Source of the DNA: Camelus ferus
Lineage: Eukaryota
Assembly (NCBI RefSeq): GCF_009834535.1
Contig: NC_045707.1
Span: 47,804,001 to 47,868,000, forward strand
Direction: 5' to 3'
DNA: 64,000 nucleotides
Notes under the pieces: model-generated
What the model was told of the DNA's origin: nothing
Seen by the model: the letters and a program-made list of their open reading frames with translations, nothing else
Database searches by the model: none
Position numbers and translations under genes: made by a program
Part shown: positions 36,439-49,267 of the stretch, piece by piece
How positions within the stretch are numbered: position 1 is the first letter of the stretch
Layout of the letters: every line of letters starts with the position of its first letter

Positions 36439-38149
36439 GTATGTAAATTCTGCCCTTGAATTTTGCAGTAACAGCATTTAAGCAATCATAGTGTAATCCA
36501 AGTTTGCCACGGGATGCTAGACTTTCAAATCACGGCTTTCACTCCTCAGCTGATAGCTGATTACGACAGCAGATCTTCTCCTGGAAATTGAGTGAGTTTA
36601 AAATATATAGTGACCTGATATCACTGGATTAGAGAGATGAGGTCAGAGATGGCAAATGAATCAGGGTTGGTAAACAACTGCGACCACTCATGTTGCAGCT
36701 GTGTGGGATGAAGGGCAGCCAGTGCACTCCCCAGAGTCCTGTAGACTGCACTGGGCTCGAGGCATCTGCCAGCCCCTTCTCGTTCCATCGCCAGCACTCA
36801 CATGACTCTCACAATGGCAGAAACAGGAGCTTCTGTGTTTGTGTGCAGTTTGGAAGCATCATCATCTCTGACCTGTAACTCAGGCCTGATGTGTACAGGC
36901 ATTTTGGAAGGTGATGGGAAAACAAATTCATTCCCTTTTCAAATATTTGTTGAGTACCGACAAATATTCCAGATGTTGTGGCACATTTGGTGTAGATGCA
37001 GGAGCAGGACAAAGCCACTGAAAAACCAACAGCAATGTAAAATGTCCACGCTAAGTGCACAAAGAGCCTAGGCCAAAAGTGCAGACACTTGAAGCCACCA
37101 CTGATGGCTGAGGTCTGCTGTGCTCAAAGAACTGCAGACCAGACTCTTACACTCAGAGAAAGGAAAACTTCCTAGGAAGCAGGATGTGACAGACAGCATT
37201 GTATTTCTGAGATTAATCTAGATTTAATAATGGTTTAGACATTAAAAAATCTCAGACCTCTTGAAAGAAAGAGATTCATCTATCTGATCCCACAGTGGTT
37301 GCACCTTGTGGGGGCTTAAAAGAAACGTTGGTTCAAAGATATATTCTGTTTTCTATTCCCTTCTTGATCCAAGACACATACGGAATTGTTTATAGGTGTC
37401 AATTCCAGTAAAAGTCAACATCCATCTTCTCTGTTACACATAAGAAAGTAAGGCCCAGAGAGTAGAGTAGCAAAAGTCGGGTGTTTCAACCCTGTATTGC
37501 CTTCTTAATCTTTTATTATGACTCTAAACTTGGCTGCTCCTATACAAGAGGCATGAGATTCTCAAAGAAAAGATAAATAAACATTAAATGATAATAATAA
37601 CAGCTGAATCCCTGGTTGGCTGCTCTCAAAGACAGAAATAAAGAGGACATAAAGAAATATGTCCTGTAACTTTCTGAAAGGCTACAAGAATTCAGAGCAA
37701 GCTTCCTATTTGCATGAAAATATTGATTACTGTGCAGCAGGGAATTTCCTGTCTGCCTCAGATAAAGCACATTCCACAAGCCTGGTATTCTTGGAACTTA
37801 GCATTACACCTTGGAGTTTCCCTAAATCTGAAAATAGAGGGTGGTTTTCAATCTTCTCTGTTCTAAATAATATATTCTAACTTCCTTAAAAAGATGGATC
37901 TGTGTGTGTTAAGAAATTGATGTCTTCAGTTCCTCCAGATCCCCTCAAATTTCCTCTCCAAATTCACATTCTCAAGTAGTTGACATCATCACCTTCTTAA
38001 AAAAAGGCTACCATCTCTCTCTTCTGACCATCCATGCAGATCAGTTGCTTCATACATGAGATGTTTCCAACATCGTTGGCAGAAACCAGATGCATCATTA
38101 GAAGTGTGGATTGCCTTTCCTGCTAAAATTAATAGTCCTTCAAGCATTT

Positions 38150-40336
38150 CTGATGTAGTATTAGCATGTCTATAAATTCTTTACCAGATAAAGAAACCCA
38201 GAATTGAAGTCCACATCGCACCACTTCCTTAAACCTGCCAGGTCTTTGTGACTGCCTTGACAATAGAACGCCAGGGAGGAGATCCTGGGTGACTTCTGAG
38301 TCTAGGTTGGAAAAGTTCATGGGGTTTCTGCCATTGTCTCCTGGGACAGTCACTCGGGGAGCTTTTACCCCCATGGAAGAAGTTCATCTACCCTATGTCC
38401 ATCACACAGAAAGACCATGTGGAGATACCAAATTGAGAAAATGTCACCCAAGAGGCTTCCCAGTAGATGTCAATTATGAGTAATGAGGTGTTAGTGATAA
38501 TTCCAGTCCCAGGCGCTGTTAACAACCTCAAAAGATTCTGAGTGAGAACTGCCTACTTAAGCCCAGTCAACCCCCAGATTTGTGAGCAAAATAAGTGTTA
38601 TTATTGTTTTAAACCACTGTTGGAGATTTTTGTACATGGAAATAGATAATTGGAGCAAATTTGTTAGCAAAACTAACAAACAGCAAAACTGTCACCTGTC
38701 ATGGAAAATACAAAAGATACCTAATGAACTGGTAGAGTTGGCTAAGAAGAATTCCAGCCAGAATATTGAAAATGCCAAATGGCTTCTTTTAGTCATATAT
38801 AAGTATGTAGAGAGATGAGTTTAAAAATGGAGCTGTTTAATTTTCAAGAAAACTTAAAGAAAATACATAAAAGATCCAGTACTTGTTACACTCAAATATA
38901 AAATTGTTTTTCATTCCTAGTCTCTCCATACAGCAGAGGATTCTCAAACTAAGAAAGGGTGACCAAAGAGTCTTTGTTAATACCTTAGGAAGATTTAGGG
39001 TAATGTCTCATAGACCCTTTGAAACAAATTTCCTCTGAGAATCTTAAGGGCGTGCCAGACAGACCCTCTTAGTTAAAGAGTGGGGCTTCTAATAATCTTA
39101 AAGTAATGATCCCATAGCAGCTTTACAAGAATCCCAAGGTAGACAAGGACTTATATCAGAAAGATTTGTAGGGATGTTTTTGTCTAATTGAGCATAAGAA
39201 TGATAAGAAGTCAACAGAGGTTTGTTTTGTTTTGGTTTTGGTTTGTTTTCCTTTTTATTGAGATATAATTGACATATAACATTTTTATTTCAGGTGTATA
39301 TCATGATTCAGTACTTGTGTATATTGTGAAATGATCACCTCAATAAGTCTAGTTAAAATCCATCACAACATATAGTTATATTTTTTTTTTAACAAGAAAA
39401 ATACAGTGACAAGATTGTATGGATTAACATTTTGACAGCATGGACTAAAAGGGACAGAAACAGTATGAAACTAAGAAGGAACTGGCAATGTTTACCTGGC
39501 TGGATTTCAAAATTGCTATGAACCAGTGACTATTGTGTAATTCCATATTCCCCTGTTGTCAGCAAGAATGTCCATAGTGATTATCCAATGTATATCACAC
39601 CATTGTGTGTTGGGTACATAGGTCTTCGTTCACAGGTCTTTAGACTGAGGGGAGCAATACACAAGAAACCTCACCCAAGGGACTTCATTTATACCTAGAT
39701 CTGATTTAGATGGTAAGATTCTGGATTTTGAACCTAAGCCTGATGAGACATTGGGGTGTCCTGGAAGGGGTGAATTTGTGGATGTTTTTTGAATGTGGAG
39801 GGAATATAAATAATTTGTGGCAGTAGATACACTTTGGAATTTTAAAACATGGTCACAATTTTTTGACACTTCTTCCATCAAGTGATGGAGTCTAATTTCT
39901 GTCTTCCTTGAATATGGACTGACTTTACTAACCCATTTTTAAAAAATAGAATGGGATGGAACTGATGATGTATTAATTCCAAGCCTAGGTCTTAAAAGAT
40001 AATCATCCTGGCTCCCTCTTTGAGCACTCATTCTTGCAACCCCTGCCCCCGCCCCAATCTTGTGAGAAAGCCCAGGTCAAATGGAGAGTCCCAAATGGAA
40101 ATGAACCAAGGACCCAAGCCCTCAGCCCCAGCTGAGCTCCCAACTTATCAGCCATATGATCCACTTTGGAAGTAAATGTTCCAGTTCTCCATCAAGTCAA
40201 TACCACATGGAACAGAGACAAGTATTCCCAGACAAGCCCTGCCTAAACTGCAGATTTGTTTGCAAAATAAATGACTGTTGTTTCTTTAAACCTTTAAATT
40301 TAGGGTGGTTTGATACATATCAATAGTAATAGGAAT
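38150..40336 (+). mobile_element. MaLR (MLT1G/H-like) provirus remnant: 5' LTR (~38150-38657), internal region (~38658-39815), 3' LTR (~39816-40336)
   Basis: Two same-orientation MLT1 LTRs, each ending 'tgttttaaaccact..' or 'tgtttctttaaaccttt..ggtggtt'. The sequence between them has MLT-int character and a purine-rich stretch before the 3' LTR. Confidence 0.7.
39220..39390 (-). mobile_element. Short L1 3'UTR fragment inserted in the MaLR internal region
   Basis: T-rich tail then 'tttattgagatataattgacatataacatt...tttcaggtgtata...aaatgatcacc..aataagtctagttaa'. Confidence 0.8.
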
Positions 40337-40361
40337 AATTTCTATTGTCAAATATATATTA

Positions 40362-40561
40362 CTGTTCACCCTTGAGCAACACATGGGTTAGGGGCGCTGA
40401 CCCTCAGTGCAGTTAAAAATCCACATACAACTTTACAGTTGGTAAATCTTCTAATTCAACCAACTACAGATCATGTAGTACTGTAGTATTTGCTATTGGA
40501 AAAAACCCACTGTAAGTGGACATGCGCGTTGAAACCCATGTTGTTTAAGGAAGGTCAACTG
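40362..40561. mobile_element. TcMar-Tigger MITE (Tigger2/MER8-like), 200 bp
   Basis: Terminal inverted repeats ctgttcacccttgagcaacacatggg and aacccatgttgtttaagg..ggtcaactg, flanked by TA on both sides. Confidence 0.85.
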
Positions 40562-40574
40562 TACATATATCTGG

Positions 40575-40810
40575 CATTTATTGAGAAATTACTATTGGCT
40601 AGGCCCTATTCTATATATATATTACATATATTACTCATTTAATTCTCATAAGAACTCCATGAGGAAAATGCCTTAATACCCCCATTTTGTAAATAAGAAG
40701 GAAGAAGATAAGGCATGAAGAAGTTGACTAAGTAACTTGACAAGACCATATAGCCAGAGGGCCCACACCATTGACCCAGATAGTCCAGAGTGTATAACCA
40801 CTGTACTCCT
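40575..40810 (-). mobile_element. MIR SINE
   Basis: 'tttattgag...ctcatttaattctcataagaactccatgagg...cccattttgtaaataagaa'. Confidence 0.7.
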
Positions 40811-40965
40811 CTTATAATAGCATTGTCTACTTTAATTTTTCTACTCACCATTAACACTAGGTAGCCTCTTCTCCATAACTCTAGCCTTTATCTTCAGTTG
40901 AGGGAACTTCATGCTCCTAACAGGCAGACTACAGTTTAGATTTTGTCCCTAAATGCCAGATTTGC

Positions 40966-41187
40966 TAAGATCAGCCAGCTATGGCCATTGAGCCAAATCT
41001 GATCTGCTACCTGCTTGTATAAATAAACTTTTTTTTTTTCAATCCAGCCACAGTCACTCATCCATGTTTTGTCATGGTTGCTTTTGCACTACACGGCAGA
41101 GTTGAGTGTTGTGAAAGAAACCATATGGCCCACAAAGCCTAAAATATTACTATCTGATCCTTTACAAAAGAAGTTTGCTGACTCCTG
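40966..41187. mobile_element. hAT-Charlie MITE, MER58A-like
   Basis: 'gccaaatctgatctgctacctg...gcagagttgagt...atatggcccacaaagcctaaaatattactatctgatcctttacaaaagaagtttgctgactcctg'. Confidence 0.8.
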
Positions 41188-41893
41188 ACTTAGATCACTG
41201 AAGATCCCTCTCTCACTGAATTTATAATATGTCATAAACAGAGAACATGAGAATTGTAGACAGACAGATCTGGACTAAAGCTCACCTCTGTTACCTATAC
41301 GTGACGTTGGGAGAATCTCTTAACTCCTCTGAATCTTAGTTTTACAAAAATTGGAGAGAATAGTAAGACCTCTTTCTGTCTTAACCGTGCTAAGATACTG
41401 ACACATAAAATATTACTAATGTGTTAAAAGTTTTACCAGTCTTTCATGATTAGAGCCAAATTTAAGGGATCATATAATTAGAGGCAAATGAAATCAAAGA
41501 TGCTTAATATTTCATTTTAATGTTTATTCATGGTATTCTTAACTGTTAGGGCACAAAAAGAAGAAAGAGTAGGGACAGTGTCTGTTAGGTGTAAGACCCA
41601 GGTGGGAATCAATGTTCTGTCAAAGTCTAGGTGGTGCCTTCTATAGTCCAGATTTTTTAAGAAAAATCCTACAGACAGAGATGGCTTCACAGGAAACAGT
41701 TTTCCAACACCAAATTTCTGATTGATTAAATGTCAAAATTTGAAGAAAGAACTCTTGGTTGCTTATTAAGCTAAAAAAATTGTATTTTCCCTACTAAAAT
41801 GGAGTGTTTTTCTTTTAGAATATGAGTAAATTTAGAATCCCAAAGGCAGAGTGACTTGACCTGATTAAAAGTATTTTTTCCTCACGTCTACAG

Positions 41894-41916
41894 ATAGTCC
41901 AAGCAACTGTCAGCAA
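41894..41916 (+). other. Candidate 23-nt microexon of an unidentified gene
   Basis: Strong acceptor ttttttcctcacgtctacAG and consensus donor CAA|GTGAGT only 23 nt apart, in unique sequence. Confidence 0.35.
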
Positions 41917-43034
41917 GTGAGTTATTTCATCGTTGCAGTCAAAATGGTTTTATATCATGGGGGTTGGGATTTTAGAAATTGATCTAAGTGTCTGAATTAA
42001 CTGTTTCCATTCATTGGAGAGGTGAGCAGTTGCATTCTGATTTCTTGGGGGAATTATGAGAATGTGGTTCTAGGGGAGAGACTTCAGGGGCATCCACTTT
42101 CTTTGCAGTTGTTGCTGGGAGACTTTTTTCTGTCCTCAGTGTGAGAGCTGTGGAATCAGAGCACGTCCCAGGTCCCAGGTCCCAGGTGACACAGGTCAGT
42201 TTTGCAGGTACTGATGGTGTATCTGTCTCATGGGGGTGACAGTCAGAACTGTGGGAGAGGCTCTGCTATGAGAGAGGGGTTGGGGCCTGTCACACACAAG
42301 GGGTGTGAGATGAACAGCGATGACCGCAGTGGGCTTGATGAGGCAGGTTGAATGAGAGAACTGTCTGAACATCACGTTTGAACTGCTGTGTGGATTCTGG
42401 TTTTTCTCACTCTAGTTTCTTTTCTTTCCCTGTTTTCACTTGTCACACACATAAAGGGCAGTGAAATGCCAACCTGACCCAACTGAAAGTCCTGCACATA
42501 TGAAACTGTAAAAGAAGGTAAAGATTAGACACATGTGGAGATGGCTTAGAGACTCTTGATAGCATACTCTATGTTCCTGGTAAACCTTCTACCTAGGGAA
42601 AAAAAGCACTCATTTAATAGACACGGGCTCCTTGGAAGGAAGGAAGGAAAGAAAAAAAAAAGAAAAATAGACACAATTTAATCTCAAATCATCACACTTT
42701 TTGTATAGTACTGTTCCAATGCATTAGTTCATGAAAGAAATCACAAAACCTAAATTTAGAAAGTTCCTTAGAAGTCATTTTGTCTTAATTTGGATGCATG
42801 CAGAACTCTTCTGTGTAACTACCAGGGGAGATGCATTAATTCGTTCAATGATGTTTTTTCAGTTTGATCTATACTATGTATTGTTCCAGGCAAAGATTTG
42901 AACAAAAAAAGACAAACATTATTGCCTTAATGAAGTCAGCTTACATTCCAGGACCTGTGCTTGAACATTTCCAGTGACCAAGAGCTATCAGTTTAGAAGG
43001 GAGTTAGTCAGTTCTTGAGATTTTTATTTATTAA

Positions 43035-43265
43035 CAGACTGTTATGGAGCAGTGTTTTAAGCACTTTACAAGTATTAACTCATTTAATGCCCTTGATAAG
43101 GTAGTTGCTATTATTGTCAACATCCCTCTTCTACAGATGAGCAAATTGAGGCACAAAGACTTTAAGGAATGTCACAGGACCACATGCATCCAAGCCACAG
43201 GGCCAAGATTTGAACCCAGCAGTCCGGGTTTGGAGTCTGGATTCTTAACTATTAGGCTATGCTCC
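43035..43265 (-). mobile_element. MIR SINE
   Basis: 'agcactttacaagtattaactcatttaat...tctacagatgagcaaattgaggcacaaag...ggccaagatttgaacccag'. Confidence 0.8.
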
Positions 43266-46200
43266 CAACATTTGGCTAATTTATATTTATGACTTGGTTC
43301 TTTTTTTCTTGATCTTGGTATCCCTTACCTTAAAACATTTAGCCTGTTTATATCTTACCCATGGGATCTTCTACTTTATACTTTTATTCACTGGATGCAA
43401 CCAGACAAAGGCAATACCTGACTCTCTTGAATTATGTGATTATATAGGATGAGACAACACTTCCTTTAGAGGTAAGGGCCCCCTTGTCCCACCACTCTCC
43501 CTGTCCACATGAAAGGGCAGTCCCTGCGCATAGTAGGTACTCAGTGAGTGATAACTCTAACCAGTAATTCAGAGCTTCTGGCTCACTGATGCCTCAGAGT
43601 CCCCAGTTTAGCCTCCTTTTTCTGTTATCCAGAAAAGGAAGCCAATCAGGCTTTATTGGACACATTTTCAAAATTTTCCCTGAAAGCAGAATTTAATATT
43701 GGAAGAGGACCTCATAGGGCTAAGAGGAGAGGTATTGTCATCACCAACAATGGAAAAAGGAGAGAATGAGGAAGTTTGGGACCTGGAAAAACTCATTCAT
43801 TTGGGGCCATCTTGAAGGCTGCCTTCCATAGGAGCCCAAGCAATTAACCAATTCGTCACCACATGTAGAAGTAAAACAGCTCTACTGAGACAGGTATATT
43901 GCCTTAGGTCTGAACAAAAAATCATCTATGCTATTCCATCATGGAATAAGAAGTAAGAGGGAGCTAGATAGAATTTTGAATAAGGCTACAATACTTTTAA
44001 AGTTTTGGGATCAACTCATCGGATGGCTTAATCATTTATCTAAAAGGAATATAAAGAATGCAAGATGCCTTCACCCTTCAAAAGGAATAGTCTCAAAATA
44101 CCTTCTAACATCAACCCCAGTGATTTCTGGATTATCATTCATGACTCCTCTTCCTGTCATTGAGGAGATTAATCTAGTCAGCTTTCTTTACTGGTTTCAG
44201 AGTTCTCTGCCAATGAGACTCAGCCAAGATGACTTCTTTTCTCTTACCCAGTCCTCCTACCTGCAGATCTGGTCTGTGGAAAGTATAATTCCTCTTACAT
44301 CCTCTCTTCTGCTCCATCATTCCAATCAAGAGGCTCTGACCTACGTAAAATTACCCACCTTTTCTGCTCGTGTAAATCCGTCTTTAAAGTTTGTCTTCTT
44401 TTGCAGACACTTCCTGGGTGTTCTGAACACAACTTGCCCCCCTACTTGCTGCTCCCCACTTCAATTCCACCCTGCCCATAGAACCATTACTTTAACTAGC
44501 AAACCAGTGGGCTCATGAATGTTTCCATGCAGAGTGGTTGTCACAGCTGTTTTGAAAACCAATCTAGTTAAAATAGCCAACATGTAAGTATCTAGAAAGC
44601 AAAACTAACAGCTACTTACTGTGGACATTCCAAAGACTATTTGTGTAAGTTTGTGAAAGACAGTGTCCTTTTAAATTTTTTCACACAACATGGTACTTAA
44701 TTTTTGTTCAATAAAAACTTGAGAAAGCCATACACATGTGGAAGAATAGTTTTTGAAATTATAAATTTTAGATTCCTTGACACTAATCCATGAAACATTA
44801 CTTTTTCTAAGTAAATAATACTTGGCAAAAATAATTGGAGGCATTTGCCACAATCTCTCAAAGAATCTGGCTCAAAATCTGAGTCCTGGGACCAAACACA
44901 GATACTCATAACCCAGGTGGGTTCCTATTTCATCCAAACAAGTTTGTTTTTCTTTTTCCTGGCTGGATATTTTTAAGGGCCTGCTGATTATTAGTCAGGG
45001 AAGAAGAGTGTTGTAGGCCATTAACTTAAAAAAAAAATAAGAAGAAAAAGAAGAAGACATTTCTTCTCTTGAATTTTCCCCAAATGCTTTGGATGAATTT
45101 CTATCACATTATTGGTTGAATATATTCTTACCATGATAATCCACTTTTAGTAGCTTCATTTACATTAGCTGTCACTCTGGAGAGCCATAGTAGTAGGCCG
45201 CTGAATTACCCGAGAGAAATTACTCTTGAAAGTAATCATTGTGCATGAATTTTCATCACTTGGTCTCATCATTTCATGCTGTTTTGTCCCTTTCTTTTTT
45301 GCCCCTGACAAAAGTTAAGCACAGAGAGGCCTTTTGTTATTACCTCATTTTCTTTAGAAAACAGTCTTATTAATCATAGCAGTCAGTTTATACAGACAAC
45401 CAAAGGGTCTCTCTCTCCCTCTCTCTCTTTCTCTTTCTCTCTCACAGACACCCACCCACAGAGTTTTTGAAATGTGTTTTATCTTGTTGTGGTGAACATT
45501 GTTTTATTTTACTTCTCAATATCTCATGTAAATTTGGTATTTGGTTTTCATATAACCTAGTTGGTGCAAGGTTTATGTTTTAAGTACAGGGCCTTGTTTT
45601 AAGCAGAATTATCCTGGGTTTATTTCAAGTTACCAACAGACAAAAAAGTTAAAATTTTAAACTCTTAGGAAAAGAAACCTAAAATAAATAAAGAATTAAT
45701 ATTAATAAAAAATATTTAGCAAGTATTTAATGTCAGGCCCTATTTTAAGAGATTCTTAAAGGGGATTTTTGTTATTGTTGTTTGTTAGTTTTGTATTATT
45801 TCATTTGCCCCCATGAGTTTGGTGCTATAACTTTTGTTATTTCCCTGATTTTTTAAGTGAGGAAACAGGATTTTAGAGGGTAGGTAACTTGCCCAAACTC
45901 ACACAGTTATCAGTGGATCTAGAATTATAACACCAAAAATCTGATTTCTTAATCTTTCCACTATATTCCCTTATATGATATCTGCTAAGGAAAACTAAAG
46001 TGAATGAAAAAAAGAAACTAAAATTCTAGGTAGTTATTATTTTACGTGGGATTATAAAGCAACAGATAATGACTGTCCTAGTTGTTGAACTGTTGAAAAC
46101 ATTTCTCCCAAAATATAATTTACCGTCTATTCAAAATGAAATTGGGTTTTCACATGGTGCCCAAAAGCTGGAAGATTTGAATTTTTTTGTTTGTTTTTTT

Positions 46201-47544
46201 GTTTTTCTTTTAAAGTATCTAAAGAATGGGCCAACAATGAGATAACCATTGGGGAAAACAGACACCAACAGCTGTTTTCTTCTTGTGTTCAGGGTCATAT
46301 TCAGCAGCATAAAGTCAGAGTTTTATGGGTTGAGAAACTGGTAGAAATTTCAGCCAGACCCTATTTTTAAAATTTAAACTTAAAGTAATAAAGAATGATT
46401 ACAAATGTTATCTTCTTTAATTGTTAAATTTGGTTATCAGTACTGTTTCCAGATGTCCATTCTACATTTAATCCTCTCAACAGATGGCTGTTGACACCTG
46501 CTCCAGGCCCAGCTCTGTTAAGGCCCCAGGAATATAGTGGTTAACAGAACAGATAACTGACTTTTAGAGATTCTTTTCCACTGAGGGAAACACTGATTGA
46601 ACAAACTGAAAAATAAACAAGTAATACAACATCAGGAAGTGGTAAATTCAATGAAGAAAAAAATACAGCTGGGTAAAGAGGTAGAGACCAGGTAATCAGT
46701 GAAGGCTTCTCAGATACAGGGACATTTAAAGGTCTTTTCTAAGGTCACAGAATCAGTGTAGAAGGGTGATGGGATACTTCACAAGCTGAGGCGTGGGAGG
46801 GGCCTTTCTGCACATTTTTAAGATTTAAACGTGAGCACATTGCATTTTTAACTCTCTGCCACTACCAGCCCCTCCCTCCAAATACTGTTCTCTTAAAACT
46901 CCATTCACAGTGTAAGTTAATGGTTGCTTTGCAAAGGGCTGGCCCTTTTTTTTCTTTTTAAGGTTTAGTTGTTTTATTTTCCACATCTGGAAAAAGAAAT
47001 ACAGTTTAACCAAATATTTGTGAATTCTTTTTCATTTTATAAATATTATTAAAATTCCAATGTGCTTCGATGTGCCATTTGACGTTTTTATTTTTCCAAG
47101 CGTTTGCTAATAATTTAGTCTCTGACATGAGACGAGGTTTTTCTTTCACGGTTTTTTAGGAGTAGGGTGCTTTGACAAATGCCTTGCCATTCAATACAGA
47201 TAAACTTAGTTTGACTTCAGCATTAATGATAAAAATATTCTGCAGCTTGTATTTATAAACATCCACCTTAAAATCTAGTCATTTGTGAAAACAGTTAAAA
47301 GAATCCCAAACTTTATCTTCCACCGAGGTCTCCTTTTTATGAGCCCTCATTGAGTCAGCTGCTCTTCCTTGGGATTTTTAACCCTAAATTCAGTACTCTT
47401 CCCTCTAACCATGTTGGGGAAACTCATAAAGCCGCTATGTGTTGTGTCATAGATTTCACAGAGCTTCTGCAGCCTTCTTTCCCTATGAAAATGGTTGGAG
47501 CAGCACTGAGGTCTTTTGTAGCTCTGTTTTTCAAAGATTTTCCT

Positions 47545-47720
47545 ATGTGACACACAGCGGCCGCACTCACGGTGAATGGGTGCGGAGCTGGGAGCAAGGT
47601 ATTCAAAGGTTGAAGGGTAAGCTCGAGGGTTAAAGAATTACAGCACCTAAAGGCCAGTGACGTCAGTGGAGTCATGACTGATGTCAGGCGCACTGCATAC
47701 CGGAGTAGTCCGGGCAAAGA
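47545..47720. promoter_or_regulatory. Candidate CREB/ATF regulatory element with local CpG retention
   Basis: Palindromic CRE TGACGTCA (47658-47665), variant TGATGTCA (47679-47686), GCGGCCGC and several more CpGs in an otherwise CpG-depleted window. Confidence 0.35.
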
Positions 47721-47729
47721 AAGCTTACT

Positions 47730-48250
47730 TTTGTCTGTTTGGTATCCATTCCTTTCTGATGCCTTGATTTTCCTTTGGGGAACATTCCTTCTCCTCTGTG
47801 ACGTCTCAGATTGAGTGGGACTGACATCCTTCCCTGAACCTCCTGAGGTGACTCAATAACCAGAACTGGTCGATTCAGAGCGTTTGAGCCCCCTACCTCA
47901 GGATGGGCACCTGACCCAGGTCAGTGCAGTGATAGGTAAAACCAGACCTTTAGCTGGACCGTGGGGAGAAAGTACTCCCTTTCTGGGAATGCTAAGATGG
48001 TTATTCTATGCGTCGGAAGCTGCCAGCAGCTGTTTTGCCACCTAATTGGGGGTAAACCTGTCTTAAAAGGAATCTAATAGAATGGAAAGCCTGCGAAAGA
48101 GGTTGAGGATGACAGACCACATTCTATAACATTGCCTGGTTCTTGGATCCAGCTAGTTCTGAAGCCAGTTTTACTCACAAACTTCTCAGTTTTCTGAGAT
48201 CATAATTCCTTGCAATTTGATCTGGGTTTATGTCAGCTGAAGGACTCATG
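47730..48250 (+). mobile_element. Old MaLR LTR (MLT1K/L-like)
   Basis: 'ttgattttcctttggggaac', 'ggatgggcacctgacccagg', 'cttggatccagctagttctgaagccag', 'acttctcagttttctgag'. Confidence 0.65.
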
Positions 48251-48724
48251 TTTAGAGACTAAGGGAGGGCCATGGAACTGGCAGGCAAGAAATCTGTCAA
48301 AGCAGAATGAAACAAAAAGACCTAGGTAACCAATGGCTTGAGATTCACACAGCTGCATATTTTGAGATAATCGTACCAGGTAACAAAAACGCCAGCCCTA
48401 ATCCTGATCCTAGGGTAAGGGCTACTTGCCCTCTGGCCTCCTAATTTTTGCATGATGGCTCTACAGATACCTAGGACTCAACTGTAGCTAGAGAGAGAAT
48501 CTACTGAGGTGCACATAATCTAGTCCTGGCTGGAGCGAGATAAGGAAAATTAGAATTATTAGGTGATTCTTCCCATCCCAAGCAGTAAAAAGATTTTAAG
48601 ACAAGCCTAGAGTTTTTGCTACTTATTACATGTGATCACCAGTAAAGCGTTTCATGCTTTCTGAGCTTATTTTCCTCCTTGATAAAATCAAGAAAAGTTC
48701 TACTACTTAACCCTCACAGCAGTT

Positions 48725-48842
48725 CTAGTGTTATCCAAACTGGGACACTTCTGAGAACAGAGGGGTATTCATCATGATGATGGGCTAGCCAGCCTCAGTT
48801 AGCACGATCCCAGGCAGCTCAGGACCTGTGGGCACCCCCTTT
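48725..48842. mobile_element. hAT-Blackjack MITE (MER94-like)
   Basis: 'tatccaaactgggacacttctgaga...cccaggcagctcaggacctgtgggcaccc'. Confidence 0.5.
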
Positions 48843-49267
48843 CTTAGTAAGTCCTCCTGGTTCTTTCCTGACTGGGTTTTTCACCTCTACCTTCTGCCTT
48901 CAATCATCTTTTTTAGAAAAAGAGAGCATTCTGGATGACTTCTTTTTTGCTGTATATACAGCTGGCTACATCATGGTGCTACTATGAGCCAGGCCCTGTT
49001 TTATATTCACTGTGTCTCATTGCATCTTCCTGGCATTCCTGTGAGGTTAAAATGACTTAGGGACAAGGATCAGCCCTAGAGCAGTTGAATACTTGCCCCT
49101 TGCACAGCCAGGCAGCAGCGGGCCTGCCATACAGAGCAGGCGATCAGAAGCCAGAACCTTTACTCTTCTCACAGTGCCTGGCTGCCTCTGTGTCTCTCTG
49201 TCTTATACATGTGCAGGTGGGAAGCCAGCCTCATTCTCCTCTGCATCATTTAAAGTCTGGGGGCTTA

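Noticed and set aside
43928..44518. Longest ORF in the track (196 aa)
   Set aside because: No recognisable domain, composition typical of translated non-coding DNA, and no convincing promoter or splice context.
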